Of a stretch of DNA of 64,000 nt, positions 28,169 through 39,263 are shown piece by piece; position 1 is the stretch's first letter; each line of letters starts with the position of its first letter. A model generated the notes under the pieces. It worked only from the letters and a program-made list of their open reading frames with translations. It was not told where the DNA came from and did not search any database. A program made the position numbers and the translations under genes. The DNA comes from Thermodesulfobacteriota bacterium (GTDB taxonomy: Bacteria; Desulfobacterota_D; UBA1144; Nemesobacterales; Nemesobacteraceae): positions 1,152,001 through 1,216,000 of the forward strand of contig OZ241855.1 in the NCBI GenBank assembly GCA_965202785.1, read 5' to 3'.

Positions 28169-28516
28169 CTAGATCAGGTAGTAAATCAACATGAAGAGGT
28201 ACCGCATGTTCGGGCTTGAGTTGTGAGTCTCAAGCCTCGCCGAGAGATCCCCTATGCCGCCGAAAAATGAGTCGTTATAGACTTCCGCCACTCTTTTGAA
28301 CTCGTCGAACTTGATAAGCGGTGGTTCGCGAACGGCAAGCGGCCTCACGTTTTTCTCTGCGGAAGTTATCCTGATTCCGTCACCTTCAGTAGTGGCCAAG
28401 AACCATCGCTGGGAGTCTTCGAGCATAAGCTCTATGCCGCCTTCGGTTTTCTGTCTAAGGATTTCCCACTCTTCTTCTTTGGATTCGCTGAAAGGTATTT
28501 TTCTGTCTGCAAGCAT
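28169..28516 (-). CDS. Hypothetical protein
   Basis: 115-aa ORF downstream of uvrA with GGAG upstream; no motif recognised. Confidence 0.65.
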   Translation of the reverse strand: MLADRKIPFSESKEEEWEILRQKTEGGIELMLEDSQRWFLATTEGDGIRITSAEKNVRPLAVREPPLIKFDEFKRVAEVYNDSFFGGIGDLSARLETHNSSPNMRYLFMLIYYLI

Positions 28517-28584
28517 TTTTTCTCTCCGACAAGATTATTTTTAAGGTTTTATTCTACCCCATGTCGAAAAAATATATAACCCGG

Positions 28585-31332
28585 CTAACCGAGAAGCGGT
28601 CTCAGATGTTCTCCCGTGTAGGAGTTTTTTACAGAAGCAACCTGCTCCGGAGTGCCGGAAGCCACTATGCGTCCCCCGTTGTCTCCTCCCTCAGGTCCGA
28701 GGTCAACTACATAATCCGCGCATTTTATCATCTCAAGGTTGTGCTCTATGACTATTACATTGTTGCCGGCGTCGACAAGCCTGTTAAGAACGTCGAGGAG
28801 TTTTCCTATGTCGTCGATGTGAAGTCCGACCGTGGGCTCGTCAAGAATGTAGAGGATGTTGTTTTTTTCTTTTTTCGAGAGTTCCCTGGCTATCTTTATT
28901 CTCTGCGCCTCTCCTCCCGACAGCGTCGTTGCGGGCTGTCCGAGTCTCAGGTAACCGCATCCGACATCCTTTAGAATCTTGAGTTTCCTGGTAACGGCCG
29001 GGCTTCCCGAGAAGAAATCCATAGCCTGATCGACGGTGAGGTTAAGTATGTCGTCTATGCTTTTCCCCTTGTATCTGTAGGCCAGAACCTCTTTTCCGAA
29101 CCTTTTGCCCCCGCATTCCTCGCACGTCACCATGACGTCGGCGAGAAAGTGCATCTCGACCCTGTGGCTTCCCTCGCCCATACATTTCTCGCAGCGGCCT
29201 CCCCTCACGTTGAAGGAAAAATGTGACGGGGTGAGCTTGCGGAGTTTAGCCTGATAGTGTCCGGCGAGGATTTTGCGTATGTCGTCGTAAACCTTTATGT
29301 AAGTGGCGGGATTTGATCTTGAGGTTCTTCCTATGCTCGCCTGATCAAGAATTATCACGTCGTCTATATGCTCTGTGCCTTCTATGCGTTCGTGTTTTCC
29401 GACCCTTTCAGTTTTCCTTCTGAATTTTCTCAGAAGGGCGTTATACAGGATGTCGTTTACAAGCGAGCTTTTGCCCGAACCCGATACCCCGGTTACACAC
29501 GTGAGAGTTCCAAGGGGGAAGCGGACGTCTATGTTCTTAAGGTTGTTTTCGCTCGCGCCGATTACGTTTATTGAATTGCCTGTGGTCTTTCTGCGGGAAC
29601 CGGGAACTTCTATTTTCTTTTCGTTTGCGAGGTATTTCTTCGTGGTTGAGTTTTTCGCCGAACGCAGAAAACTCTTCAGGGTCCCCTGATACACGACTTC
29701 TCCCCCGCCGTCTCCCGCCCGGGGACCAAGTTCCACTATATAGTCAGCGGACTTTACGGTGTCAAGATCGTGCTCTATGAGTATGATGGTGTTATTTCTT
29801 CCCCGCAGATCTCTTATCAGCGAATTGAGCCGGTTCATGTCCCTTGCGTGCAGACCGATCGAGGGTTCGTCCAAAATATACAGGGTCTCGGTAAGCCGCG
29901 AACTCATCTGACAGGCAAGGTTTATCCTCTGCGCTTCTCCGCCCGAGAGGGTGCGGGTGAGCCTCGAGAGAGTCAGGTAATCGAGTCCCACGTGGATAAG
30001 AAAGTCCAGCCGTGAGTTTATTTCCTTCATTATGTCGGAAGCAATCTCCAGTTCATGAGCGGACAGGGTCAAGCAGTTAGACCAGGATTTTAGATCCTTT
30101 ACGGACATCTGGGAGAGATGGAATATGTTTTTCCCTTCTATACGCACGTTAAGCGCTTTTTCCTTGAGTCTGCTTCCTCCGCAGTCCTCGCAGGTAAAGG
30201 CGGAACGGTATCTCGAGAGAAAAACTCTTATGTGGGTTTTGTAATTTTTCCGCTCAAGCCTTTTGAAATATCCTTTCACGCCGTGGTAATAATCGTTTCC
30301 GTTTAAGACTAGGCTTTTCTCCCTTGCCGAAAGTTCCGAGAAGGGCTTTTCCGTGTCTATTTCCACCTCCTCGGCGAAGGCAAGCAGCTTTCTCATCTGC
30401 CTTCTGTAGGAAGTTTTCGTAAAAGGTTCTATCGCTCCTTCGGCGAGGCTGAGACTGGGGTCCGGAACGAGGAGTTCGGGGTCGATTTCAAGGTTTCTTC
30501 CGAATCCGCTGCATCGCTCGCAGGCCCCGTAGGGGCTGTTAAAGGAAAATGTGTTCGGGATGGGTTTTTCAAACGCAATGTCGCAAACATCACAGCGAAG
30601 TTCTCTTGAGAAACGCAGGCTCTGCCCTGAAACGATGTGTACAAACGCCCGGCTGCTTTCGGAAAAAGCAGCTTCGAGTGCTTCTGTAATTCTTGATTTC
30701 GACCGCTTGCCTATAATGGTTCTCGCGGTGACTATCTGGGTCTTTGCGTCCGGGTCTCCCATGCTTTCTTCCATCTCCCGGGTTTTTCCGTCCCGGTAGG
30801 TGCGCGAGTAGCCTTTTTTCATGTATTGCGAGAGATCTGCGCCCTCTTCGGTCTCAAAGCAGATGACGGCTCTTTTCTCCGGGAATTTTTCGAGCAGCAG
30901 GCGAGTGAGGGACTGGGGAGAGTGCTCAATCACTTCTTCTTCACATCCTGGGCAGCGGGTTTTTCCGATTTTCGCGAACAGAAGTCTCATGTAGTCGTAT
31001 ATTTCGGTTGTGGTGCCTACTGTGGAACGGGAATTTATGACATTGTTTCGGCTTTCAATAGCTATCGGGGTTGGAAGACCTTCTATGTCGTCCATCGCGG
31101 GGCGCTCGACTTTCTCTATGAACTGTCTTGCGTAGGTTGAAAGGCAGTCGATGTACCTTCTGAGTCCTTCCTTGTAAACGGTGTCAAGCACGAGGGATGA
31201 CTTGCCCGAACCGCTGAGACCAGTCACCACCGTGAATCTGTTCTGAGGGATTCGGACGTCTATGTTCTTCAGGTTGTTTTCCCTGGCGCCTTTTATCTCT
31301 ATGTATCCGTTTCGTTTCTCGGTCTTCGCCAT
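28585..31332 (-). CDS. uvrA: Excinuclease ABC subunit A
   Basis: Two ABC cassettes (GLSGSGKSS, GVSGSGKSS, LSGGEAQR twice) and Zn fingers. Start placed at ATG 31332. Confidence 0.95.
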   Translation of the reverse strand: MAKTEKRNGYIEIKGARENNLKNIDVRIPQNRFTVVTGLSGSGKSSLVLDTVYKEGLRRYIDCLSTYARQFIEKVERPAMDDIEGLPTPIAIESRNNVINSRSTVGTTTEIYDYMRLLFAKIGKTRCPGCEEEVIEHSPQSLTRLLLEKFPEKRAVICFETEEGADLSQYMKKGYSRTYRDGKTREMEESMGDPDAKTQIVTARTIIGKRSKSRITEALEAAFSESSRAFVHIVSGQSLRFSRELRCDVCDIAFEKPIPNTFSFNSPYGACERCSGFGRNLEIDPELLVPDPSLSLAEGAIEPFTKTSYRRQMRKLLAFAEEVEIDTEKPFSELSAREKSLVLNGNDYYHGVKGYFKRLERKNYKTHIRVFLSRYRSAFTCEDCGGSRLKEKALNVRIEGKNIFHLSQMSVKDLKSWSNCLTLSAHELEIASDIMKEINSRLDFLIHVGLDYLTLSRLTRTLSGGEAQRINLACQMSSRLTETLYILDEPSIGLHARDMNRLNSLIRDLRGRNNTIILIEHDLDTVKSADYIVELGPRAGDGGGEVVYQGTLKSFLRSAKNSTTKKYLANEKKIEVPGSRRKTTGNSINVIGASENNLKNIDVRFPLGTLTCVTGVSGSGKSSLVNDILYNALLRKFRRKTERVGKHERIEGTEHIDDVIILDQASIGRTSRSNPATYIKVYDDIRKILAGHYQAKLRKLTPSHFSFNVRGGRCEKCMGEGSHRVEMHFLADVMVTCEECGGKRFGKEVLAYRYKGKSIDDILNLTVDQAMDFFSGSPAVTRKLKILKDVGCGYLRLGQPATTLSGGEAQRIKIARELSKKEKNNILYILDEPTVGLHIDDIGKLLDVLNRLVDAGNNVIVIEHNLEMIKCADYVVDLGPEGGDNGGRIVASGTPEQVASVKNSYTGEHLRPLLG

Positions 31333-31599
31333 TACAGTGGCCACTTCCCGTGTTTATCTTCTCCCAGAAGAATTTTCCGTTACATCGATCAGCGTTTATA
31401 ACGAAATTGAGGTTTCCGGGGCATTCGGTATTCTTTTCCTCGGGAAAGATGAATATCCCGTGGCTTCTCACTTTAAATTTACACAATTATCGTGTGACTT
31501 TTTTCCGGAATGCTGGATTACCGACGGGTCGCCGTGCCGGACGGCGCTTGGTCCAGAGGGGCCATCTTCTAAATACTTTTCTTGTTTCGAGGTGAACAG

Positions 31600-32850
31600 A
31601 TGAGTCATCTAATGGGGGTTGATGAGCAGATAGCGGAAGTTGTCCGCATGGAAACGCAGCGCCAGGAATGGAAGCTCGAGATGATAGCGTCCGAGAACTA
31701 CGTGAGCGACGCCGTCATGGAGGCCATGGGGTCTGTGCTTACTAACAAGTATGCTGAAGGGCTCCCCGGAAGGCGTTATTACGGGGGATGCGAATTCGTT
31801 GACGTGGCCGAGGACCTTGCGCGCGAGAGGGCCCTTGAGCTTTTCGGGGCGGACGCCGTTAATGTGCAGCCGCACTCGGGCGCCCAGGCGAACATGGCCG
31901 TGTTTTTCGCCGCTCTTAAGCCTGGAGAGACGGTTTTGGGCATGAGGCTTGACCACGGAGGACATCTTACCCACGGACACCCCGTTAATTTTTCGGGACG
32001 GCTCTACAACGTCGTTGCCTACGGAGTTTCAAAAGAAACGGGAACGATCGATTACGATGAGGTGAGGGAGCTTGCCTTGGAACATTCCCCAGGACTCATA
32101 ATCGCCGGCTGGAGCGCTTACCCGAGGGATGTGGACTATGCGAAATTCAGAAGCATAGCGGATGAGTGCGGGGCGCTTTTGCTGGCCGACATAGCGCATC
32201 CGGCGGGACTTGTGGTCGCCGGACTTCACTCGGATCCTGTGCCTCACTGTGATTTCGTAACGACTACCACCCATAAAACGCTTCGGGGACCGCGAGGCGG
32301 AATGGTAATGATGAAGGAGCGGCATGCGAAGACCGTAAACAGCAGGGTTTTCCCAGGGACTCAGGGCGGTCCGCTGATGCATGTGATAGCGGCCAAGGCC
32401 GTTGCGTTCAAGGAAGCTCTTGCGCCCGAGTTCTTAGAATACCAGCGCCAGATAGTGAAAAACGCACAGCGTCTCGGGGAAAATCTCGTAAACGCGGGTC
32501 TTAAGCTTGTCTCGGGCGGAACCGATAACCACTTGGTGCTGGTTGATCTCACGGAAACCGAGTTTACGGGTCAGGTTGTTGAACAGACCCTGGAGAAGGC
32601 GGGCATAACGGTCAATAAAAACACTATTCCCTTCGACCCCCGTCCTCCGATGGTCACAAGCGGCGTAAGGATCGGAACCCCCGCGATTACCACAAGGGGG
32701 ATGAAGGAACCGGAAATCGACGTGATATCGGGCTTCATAATGGAGGCTTTTAACAATCATGAGAACGAAAAGATTCTCGGTAGAATAAAGGAAGACGTAA
32801 AGGAACTGTGCCTGCGGTTTCCCGTTTACGGTCACAGGCTCGGCGGATGA
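31600..32850 (+). CDS. glyA: Serine hydroxymethyltransferase
   Basis: [34 protein letters not shown]. Confidence 0.98.
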   Translation: MSHLMGVDEQIAEVVRMETQRQEWKLEMIASENYVSDAVMEAMGSVLTNKYAEGLPGRRYYGGCEFVDVAEDLARERALELFGADAVNVQPHSGAQANMAVFFAALKPGETVLGMRLDHGGHLTHGHPVNFSGRLYNVVAYGVSKETGTIDYDEVRELALEHSPGLIIAGWSAYPRDVDYAKFRSIADECGALLLADIAHPAGLVVAGLHSDPVPHCDFVTTTTHKTLRGPRGGMVMMKERHAKTVNSRVFPGTQGGPLMHVIAAKAVAFKEALAPEFLEYQRQIVKNAQRLGENLVNAGLKLVSGGTDNHLVLVDLTETEFTGQVVEQTLEKAGITVNKNTIPFDPRPPMVTSGVRIGTPAITTRGMKEPEIDVISGFIMEAFNNHENEKILGRIKEDVKELCLRFPVYGHRLGG

Positions 32851-32853
32851 GAA

Positions 32854-33312
32854 ATGAAGTGCCCTTTCTGCAAATCTGATGACACCAGAGTAGTTGATTC
32901 AAGAGAAGGGAAAGACGGTCTTTCCGTCAGAAGACGCAGGGAGTGCAACGACTGCCAGGAGAGATTTACCACCTACGAAAGAGTCCACCACGCCGAGGTG
33001 ATGGTGGTGAAAAAGGACGGCCGCAGGGAAGAGTTTGACCGCAACAAGATAATAGCCGGGATGCGCAAGGCGTGCGAGAAAAGGCCGGTAAGCACCGAAA
33101 TCATAGAGGATTTTGTTTCCGGTCTCGAAAAGGAGCTTCTCGAGAGGGGAGAGCGGGAGATATCGAGCGAAGAGATAGGGGAGAAGCTGATAGACAAGCT
33201 TTATGATATCGATCAGGTCGCGTACGTAAGGTTCGCTTCGGTCTACAGGTCGTTTAAGGACGTAAACGAGTTTCTCAACGAGGTAACGGGTCTCCTTAAG
33301 GAGAAGAAATAG
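32854..33312 (+). CDS. nrdR: Transcriptional repressor NrdR
   Basis: [18 protein letters not shown] cone, AYVRFASVY. Confidence 0.97.
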   Translation: MKCPFCKSDDTRVVDSREGKDGLSVRRRRECNDCQERFTTYERVHHAEVMVVKKDGRREEFDRNKIIAGMRKACEKRPVSTEIIEDFVSGLEKELLERGEREISSEEIGEKLIDKLYDIDQVAYVRFASVYRSFKDVNEFLNEVTGLLKEKK

Positions 33313-33317
33313 GCCGC

Positions 33318-34100
33318 ATGCTGGTTGATTCCCACGCCCATCTGCTTAGCATTGAAGACCCCGTGGGTGCCGTGTCAAGGGCTGCGACCGAGGGAGTCGG
33401 GAAGATCATATCCATCGGGACTGGAATTGAGTCCTCCCTTTCGACCATAGAGCTTTCAAGGAGATACAGGGGAGTTTACGTGTCGGTGGGAATCCACCCG
33501 CACTCCGCTTCCAGTTTCAATGAAGGGGTGATGCGGGAATTTGAGGGAATGGTCGAAGACCCGAAAGTAGTGGCGATTGGAGAAACCGGACTTGATTATC
33601 ACTACATGAATTCTCCCAGGGAAGATCAGATAAGGTCGTTTGAAGCGCATATGGAGCTTGCGAGAAGACACGACCTTCCTTTCGTTGTTCACGTAAGGGA
33701 TGCGGAAGAGGAACTGCTTTCGATGCTCCGGGAGACCGACCTTGGTCCGAGGCCCGGGGTTATTCACTGTTTTTCAGGGGATTACGAAACGGCGAAGAAG
33801 TATCTTGATCTCGGTTTTTTCATCTCCTTCTCGGGCATAGTGACTTTCAAGAGGGCCGAGGAGGTAAGGGACGCGGCGGCCAGAATACCCATTGAGAGGC
33901 TTCTTTACGAGACGGATTCTCCTTACTTGGCGCCGGTGCCCCAGAGGGGAAAACCGAATGAGCCGTGCAATGTCATTCATGTGGCTAGGCTTATTTCGAA
34001 GCTCCGGGGACTGTCTCTTGAGGAATTTACTCAAATTGTTTTTGAGAACGTGACGGAGCTTTTCCCAAAAGTATCGAAAGACAAAGACGGTCTTATCTAA
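33318..34100 (+). CDS. tatD: TatD family deoxyribonuclease
   Basis: DSHAH, GIHPH, IGETGLD, HCFSG, ETDSPYLAP. Confidence 0.93.
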   Translation: MLVDSHAHLLSIEDPVGAVSRAATEGVGKIISIGTGIESSLSTIELSRRYRGVYVSVGIHPHSASSFNEGVMREFEGMVEDPKVVAIGETGLDYHYMNSPREDQIRSFEAHMELARRHDLPFVVHVRDAEEELLSMLRETDLGPRPGVIHCFSGDYETAKKYLDLGFFISFSGIVTFKRAEEVRDAAARIPIERLLYETDSPYLAPVPQRGKPNEPCNVIHVARLISKLRGLSLEEFTQIVFENVTELFPKVSKDKDGLI

Positions 34101-34126
34101 CTGAAGAGAAATCAAGAGGTGTTTTA

Positions 34127-35077
34127 GTGAGCGGAAAATCAAAAATAGCTGTAACGATGGGAGATCCGAACGGGATAGGCCCAGAGGTCTGCATAAGGGC
34201 TTTTTACGACGGTTTTTTCGAGGATATATACGATATCGTGTTTGTCGGAAGCGAACCGGTGCTGCATAGGGCTAACGGTGAGTTCGGAAAAGGCGGTCCC
34301 CTGTCGATTATAGATCCTACGGATTTTTCCTTGGCAGATATTGAGGCGGGCGTGAGATCTGAAAAAGCGGGGAGGGCATCTGTTGTGTGCATAGAAAAGG
34401 CCGTGGCCATGGCCCTTTCGGGAGAAGTTGACGCCATAGTTACGGCTCCCATAAGCAAGAGATCCATACACATGGCCGGTTCTACTTACCCGGGACACAC
34501 GGAAATGCTTATGGACCTTACGGGTTCTGAAAACGTGGTAATGCTTTTTGAAGGAACGAGGTTCCGCGTCGCGCCCGTGACGATACATGTTCCCCTTCGC
34601 GAAGTTCCGGACATGATTACGGAGGAAAGCGTTTATGTGACCGTCTCCATATCCGCCCGGGAACTCAAAAAAAGATTCGGCGTCGAAGATCCCAAGATAG
34701 TTGTCTGCGGGCTCAACCCGCACGCCGGAGAGTCGGGGTCTTTCGGAAACGAGGAGCAGGAGCATATAATTCCGGCTCTTGAGAGGGCGAGAGCCGAAGG
34801 AATATCTGTCGAGGGACCACTCCCCGCGGACACTCTTTTCTACGACGCTCTTCGCGGCAAGTGGGACCTTGTGGTCGCCATGTACCACGACCAAGGCTTC
34901 GTGCCCTTCAAGATGCTTTCTTTCGATACCGGAGTTAACGTAACTCTGGGACTGCCTATACTGCGGACTTCTCCTGACCACGGGACCGCTTTTGACATAG
35001 CGTGGAAGGGCGCGGCGCGCCCCGAGAGCATGATTCAGGCGATAAAAGTAGCCATGGAGATATGCGACCTAAGGTAA
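34127..35077 (+). CDS. pdxA: 4-hydroxythreonine-4-phosphate dehydrogenase
   Basis: TMGDPNGIGPE, GHTE, NPHAGE, MYHDQG, RTSPDHGTAFDIA. Confidence 0.96.
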   Translation: MSGKSKIAVTMGDPNGIGPEVCIRAFYDGFFEDIYDIVFVGSEPVLHRANGEFGKGGPLSIIDPTDFSLADIEAGVRSEKAGRASVVCIEKAVAMALSGEVDAIVTAPISKRSIHMAGSTYPGHTEMLMDLTGSENVVMLFEGTRFRVAPVTIHVPLREVPDMITEESVYVTVSISARELKKRFGVEDPKIVVCGLNPHAGESGSFGNEEQEHIIPALERARAEGISVEGPLPADTLFYDALRGKWDLVVAMYHDQGFVPFKMLSFDTGVNVTLGLPILRTSPDHGTAFDIAWKGAARPESMIQAIKVAMEICDLR

Positions 35078-35322
35078 TAAGGCGCATCGGCGACGCAGTA
35101 ACGGATTTCAGAAGGCAGAAAATATAGACCTCTGTTTTCATCGGGGATCAGGTTGCTGTAACCTTGCCTGGGCGCCTTAGCAGGGAGTCATTACTTTGGC
35201 CCAGGCGGACTTTTCTACGCAATCCGGAGTTTTTCCTATCCAGAACCGGTAATTTTTCTTTACATTGCCGGGATAAGCAGTTTTTTAGAGTCTGAAAGGC
35301 GACCGGTTCCGCCACTACTAGT

Positions 35323-36777
35323 TTAATCCACAATCTTAAGTGGCATCATGGGAGGCCATATCTCAGTAATATCAGGAGATTCTGGTTGATTTGAACTTGA
35401 AGGAGCTTTTGGGTCTCCTGCGGAAATCCTTGCTTGTGCGGAAGCAGAAGAACACTCACCAGTGAGCATATAAGTGATAGCCTCCCTCAAACGGGCCTCT
35501 TGGGGGTCGCCAAGCTGATGTAGCACACCATCTCCCGCCCTGCAGGTTGGCCGGAAACCATCTTCATAACTGCCGAACCCCTTATCATTTACTCCCCTGA
35601 ATTGAATTAAGGAGTAGGTAGTACCGCAATTGTCTTCCGGAATAGAACCGTAGGGTTTGCCACAAGTGGTTGCACCGATCAAAACGACCTCGACATCAAT
35701 CCCCCGCAAACCATTAATAATAGCCTCGCTTGCTGAGCAGGTATTAGGGCCGGTTAAAATAAATACTCGCTCTAAATCAAGACTTGGCAAGGGAAGGTCG
35801 TTTGTACTCTGAGAAATAAACGGAAATGGATCTATAGGGGGGAGCTTGCCGTTATGGACAAGTGCGTCGAAGACTTTGTTTTCGGTAGCACGTGGGCCCG
35901 CGATCATGAACGCAAGCCGACTTGCGATAGTAACAAGGCCGCCGCCGTTATAGCGAAGGTCGAGCACCATCTCGTCAATATCTTGAGAAGCAAAGTTCCT
36001 AACGGCATTTATCAACCCTGCTTCCGCGGGGGAGATATGCTCGTTAAAAAGCATATAGCCAACCCGATGACCGGAAATGCGGTTTTCCAGCACCTTCCAC
36101 AGAACAGGGGTTTTAACTATCTCTGCGGATGTCATAGTTACAGAGCGTGCCTGTGATTCTCCGAACATTCTGATAGTAAACTCATGCCTTTCAGGGGCAG
36201 ATGGGAATAAGGCAGAAATCAACTGCTCATCTGGGATGCTATCAGTTGGGATGCCGTCGATCTCAGAAACAAGCATGCCGCGTCTCAAACCCGCCTTGTC
36301 TGCTGGTGAGTTTGGCTCCACGTGAAGTATAAAGATTCCTTCTTCATATCGTCTTAAAATAAAACCATATCCGAAGTCCAAGCCTCTTTGGGAATCTATG
36401 AATTCGCTAGTATTTACTGAGAAATGAAACTGGTCTTTAGGGTTGCCTGAGGAGGTCATCTCCAAGGTCTTCATCAGTTCAAAGTATTCAGGCGTACTGC
36501 AACATGCCGGGTCCGTGTCCACAACTTCATCATACCAAAGATAGGTTTCGTTAGTGAACGATCGCAACCAGTTGTTTTCATCCACGTATGTTCCTTGGAC
36601 GGCGGTTTCCTGGTCATAGGCCTTGCTTGGATCAGCGCAGACTTGATGGAAATTGTCACTAGGAGGAAATACTCCTTCTTGCCATGTGGCTGGTGATGTT
36701 TGTCCATCATCATCACCCCCGCCGCCACAACCGACCACCGTAAGCAAAAACAACGCAAGAATAGATATTCTAAGCAT
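35323..36777 (-). CDS. S41-family peptidase lipoprotein with PDZ domain
   Basis: Lipobox VVGC, SPADKAGL (PDZ), LDLRYNGGG, TCSASE, TCGKPYG. Confidence 0.9.
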   Translation of the reverse strand: MLRISILALFLLTVVGCGGGGDDDGQTSPATWQEGVFPPSDNFHQVCADPSKAYDQETAVQGTYVDENNWLRSFTNETYLWYDEVVDTDPACCSTPEYFELMKTLEMTSSGNPKDQFHFSVNTSEFIDSQRGLDFGYGFILRRYEEGIFILHVEPNSPADKAGLRRGMLVSEIDGIPTDSIPDEQLISALFPSAPERHEFTIRMFGESQARSVTMTSAEIVKTPVLWKVLENRISGHRVGYMLFNEHISPAEAGLINAVRNFASQDIDEMVLDLRYNGGGLVTIASRLAFMIAGPRATENKVFDALVHNGKLPPIDPFPFISQSTNDLPLPSLDLERVFILTGPNTCSASEAIINGLRGIDVEVVLIGATTCGKPYGSIPEDNCGTTYSLIQFRGVNDKGFGSYEDGFRPTCRAGDGVLHQLGDPQEARLREAITYMLTGECSSASAQARISAGDPKAPSSSNQPESPDITEIWPPMMPLKIVD

Positions 36778-37029
36778 TAAATGCTCCTTGGTTCACCGAA
36801 AGAATTTTCCTGAAAACGAATCATGTGCAACCAGAACGGTTGGTACTGTAACATAGAGATGCTGAGGATTCAAAAAAGAGTTATGGGAATAATATATCAT
36901 GTCAGTCAAAAGGTAATATGAATATGAGAAAAGAACGACGTGCAGAGGCGCCTGATTTTTCTAAGTCCTCGTGAATTTTTTTGGGTGGATTCTCTCATCC
37001 GGGATCCGGAGACCCGGCCTGATTTTTTG

Positions 37030-37785
37030 TTACATGCGGTTTCTGGAGGTTTCGGATTCCACGAGGAGGGGTAGGACCTCTCCCGATTTACCCATCACGC
37101 TTGCGTCGTAAAGCCCCGTACCGGGGGTCACGTCAATATTGATTTCCACTACGGGTTTTTTGCTTTTTTTCGCTATAAGCCCCATTGAAGCCGCGGGTTC
37201 GACCACTCCCGAGGTTCCCACTATCAGAAGAAGATCGCATTGCTCTATTGCGAACAGGCACCTGTCTATTCTCTCCATCGGAATGATTTCTCCGAACAGC
37301 ACGGTGTTCGGCTTCATTATGGCGTCGCAGGCGCTACACTTGGGGGGGAGTTCCGGAATAGGCACCTGGTAGTTCTTTTCCACTTTTTCGCATTCCGTTT
37401 CCGTGCATTTAATTTCCCAGAGGCTTCCGTGAAGCTCTATTACGTTTCGGGTTCCGGCCGCGAAGTGGAGGCCGTCTACATTTTGCGTTATGAGCGTGAA
37501 ATCCCTTTTTTCTTTTTCAAGGGCGGTTATGGCGAAGTGACCTGGGTTGGGCTTGGCATTTTTCATTATGGCTCTTCTTGAGTCATACCACTCCCATACG
37601 AGCTTGGGATTTTTGAAAAAGGCTTCGGGCGTCGCAAGTTCGTGGGGATCGTAATTCCTCCAGAGCCCTTCTTCTCCCCTGTATGTGGGAATGCCGCTTT
37701 CAGCAGAGATTCCCGCTCCCGTGAGGACGACGATTTCGTTGGAACCGCTTATAAGTTCATACGCTTTTGCGATATCTTTTTCCAT
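37030..37785 (-). CDS. cobB: NAD-dependent protein deacylase (sirtuin)
   Basis: GAGISAESGIPTYRG, TQNVDGLH, ELHGS, VGTSG. Confidence 0.95.
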   Translation of the reverse strand: MEKDIAKAYELISGSNEIVVLTGAGISAESGIPTYRGEEGLWRNYDPHELATPEAFFKNPKLVWEWYDSRRAIMKNAKPNPGHFAITALEKEKRDFTLITQNVDGLHFAAGTRNVIELHGSLWEIKCTETECEKVEKNYQVPIPELPPKCSACDAIMKPNTVLFGEIIPMERIDRCLFAIEQCDLLLIVGTSGVVEPAASMGLIAKKSKKPVVEINIDVTPGTGLYDASVMGKSGEVLPLLVESETSRNRM

Positions 37786-37874
37786 GTTCGGGCAACCCGG
37801 GATATGTTAACCGTTTTACGGGTTTTTTCCCATTACTCACCGTAAAAACATGGTTGGGGGAACGGGAGATTTTC

Positions 37875-37902
37875 TTGACAATTCATCCCCTGATACTAAC
37901 CT
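37875..37902 (+). promoter_or_regulatory. Putative sigma70 promoter of nuoABCD
   Basis: TTGACA-N16-TAACCT just upstream of nuoA. Confidence 0.4.
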
Positions 37903-37912
37903 TGTTTGTGTT

Positions 37913-38272
37913 GTGTTAGAGCAGTATGTTCCCGTCCTCCTGATAATAGTAATAGCGATCGTTCTGGCCGCGGCGCTTCTGTCCGTTTCCTATCTGCTCG
38001 GTCCGAAAAGATACGGAAGCTGGCGCAAGCTGATTCCGTATGAATCGGGAATGATTCCCAAGGGAGATGCGAGGGAGAAGATTTCGCTCAAGTATTACCT
38101 TATAGGAGCCCTTTTTATACTGTTTGACATAGAAATCGTGTTCCTTGTAGCCTGGGCGGTTGTGTTCAGAGAGCTTGGGATGGTGGCACTTATTGAGGTG
38201 CTGGCATTCCTTGTTGTTGTAATAGGCGGGTACTTTTACGTTCTCAAGAAAGGAGCTTTGGAATGGGAGTAA
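37913..38272 (+). CDS. nuoA: NADH-quinone oxidoreductase subunit A
   Basis: PYESG, FILFDIE, KGALEW. Start placed at GTG 37913. Confidence 0.95.
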   Translation: MLEQYVPVLLIIVIAIVLAAALLSVSYLLGPKRYGSWRKLIPYESGMIPKGDAREKISLKYYLIGALFILFDIEIVFLVAWAVVFRELGMVALIEVLAFLVVVIGGYFYVLKKGALEWE

Positions 38273-38748
38273 GCAGCGGACCACTTCTCGGCGGAGACGG
38301 TTTTCTCACGACCAAGATCTCAGCGGTTGCCAACTGGGGAAGAAAGAACAGCCTCTGGCCCATGGCTTTCGGAACCGCCTGCTGCGCTATTGAGATGATG
38401 GGGACTTTTTCCTCGAGGTTCGATATCGCGAGGTTCGGGGCCGAAGCCGTGAGGTTCTCGCCGAGGCAGGCGGATCTGATGATAGTTTCGGGGACCATAA
38501 CCTACAAGATGGCGTCGGTTTGCAGAAGGATCTACGAGCAGATGCCCGAGCCCAAGTGGGTAATAGCGATGGGGTCGTGCACGTGCGGTGGCGGACCTTT
38601 TGACAGTTACGCTGTTGTTCAGGGAATAGACGAGTTTCTTCCGGTGGATGTTTACGTCGGTGGCTGTCCGCCGAGACCCGAAGCCCTTATTGACGCCGTG
38701 ATGAAAATCCAGAAGAAAATAGATAACGAGGGCCCCCCGATCGTATGA
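38263..38748 (+). CDS. nuoB: NADH-quinone oxidoreductase subunit B
   Basis: ACCAIEM, SPRQAD, GCPPRPE. Confidence 0.97.
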   Translation: MGVSSGPLLGGDGFLTTKISAVANWGRKNSLWPMAFGTACCAIEMMGTFSSRFDIARFGAEAVRFSPRQADLMIVSGTITYKMASVCRRIYEQMPEPKWVIAMGSCTCGGGPFDSYAVVQGIDEFLPVDVYVGGCPPRPEALIDAVMKIQKKIDNEGPPIV

Positions 38749-39263
38749 CCGCCCCACCTGACCCTGTCGATCAAATAAGGGAACAAATAAGCGGGTACAT
38801 CCTTTCGGAGAGCGAATTCCGCGGGGAGACCACCTTTACCGTAAAGGCAGAATCGATAGTCGAGTGCTGTTCGCTTCTGAAAAACACCCTCGGTTTTACT
38901 TACCTTGTGGACGTTACGGTTGTTGACTACCTGACCGTTAAATTCCCGAGGTACGAGGTTGTCTACCTCCTTCACCGTTTTGGTGAGAACTACGAAGAGA
39001 ACATGAGAATAAGGCTCAAGGCTGCTCTTGAGCAGGATAACCCCGCAATTGATTCCGTAACGTCGGTGTGGTCCGGGGCGAACTGGCTTGAGAGAGAGGC
39101 CTACGATATGTTCGGGATAACTTTCAGGGGACATCCCGACCCGAGAAGAATACTTATGCCCGAGGATTACGATCAGTTTCCGCTGAGAAAGGATTTCGAC
39201 GTGAGAGACAGGGAATCTTCAAAGAGATCTTTCGAGCGGGCTCTTGATGAAGGGCTTGATTGA
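38745..39263 (+). CDS. nuoC: NADH-quinone oxidoreductase subunit C
   Basis: [21 protein letters not shown]. Confidence 0.96.
   Translation: MTAPPDPVDQIREQISGYILSESEFRGETTFTVKAESIVECCSLLKNTLGFTYLVDVTVVDYLTVKFPRYEVVYLLHRFGENYEENMRIRLKAALEQDNPAIDSVTSVWSGANWLEREAYDMFGITFRGHPDPRRILMPEDYDQFPLRKDFDVRDRESSKRSFERALDEGLD

Noticed and set aside
26890-28170. attL/attR prophage or ICE at tRNA-Asn
   Set aside because: No duplicated tRNA 3' end and no integrase found.
31340-31600. ZTP or glycine riboswitch upstream of glyA, or a small ORF
   Set aside because: Consensus motifs not present; likely a divergent promoter region.
35078-37050. Direct repeat flanking the S41 peptidase islet
   Set aside because: Only a weak gapped ~13-bp resemblance.
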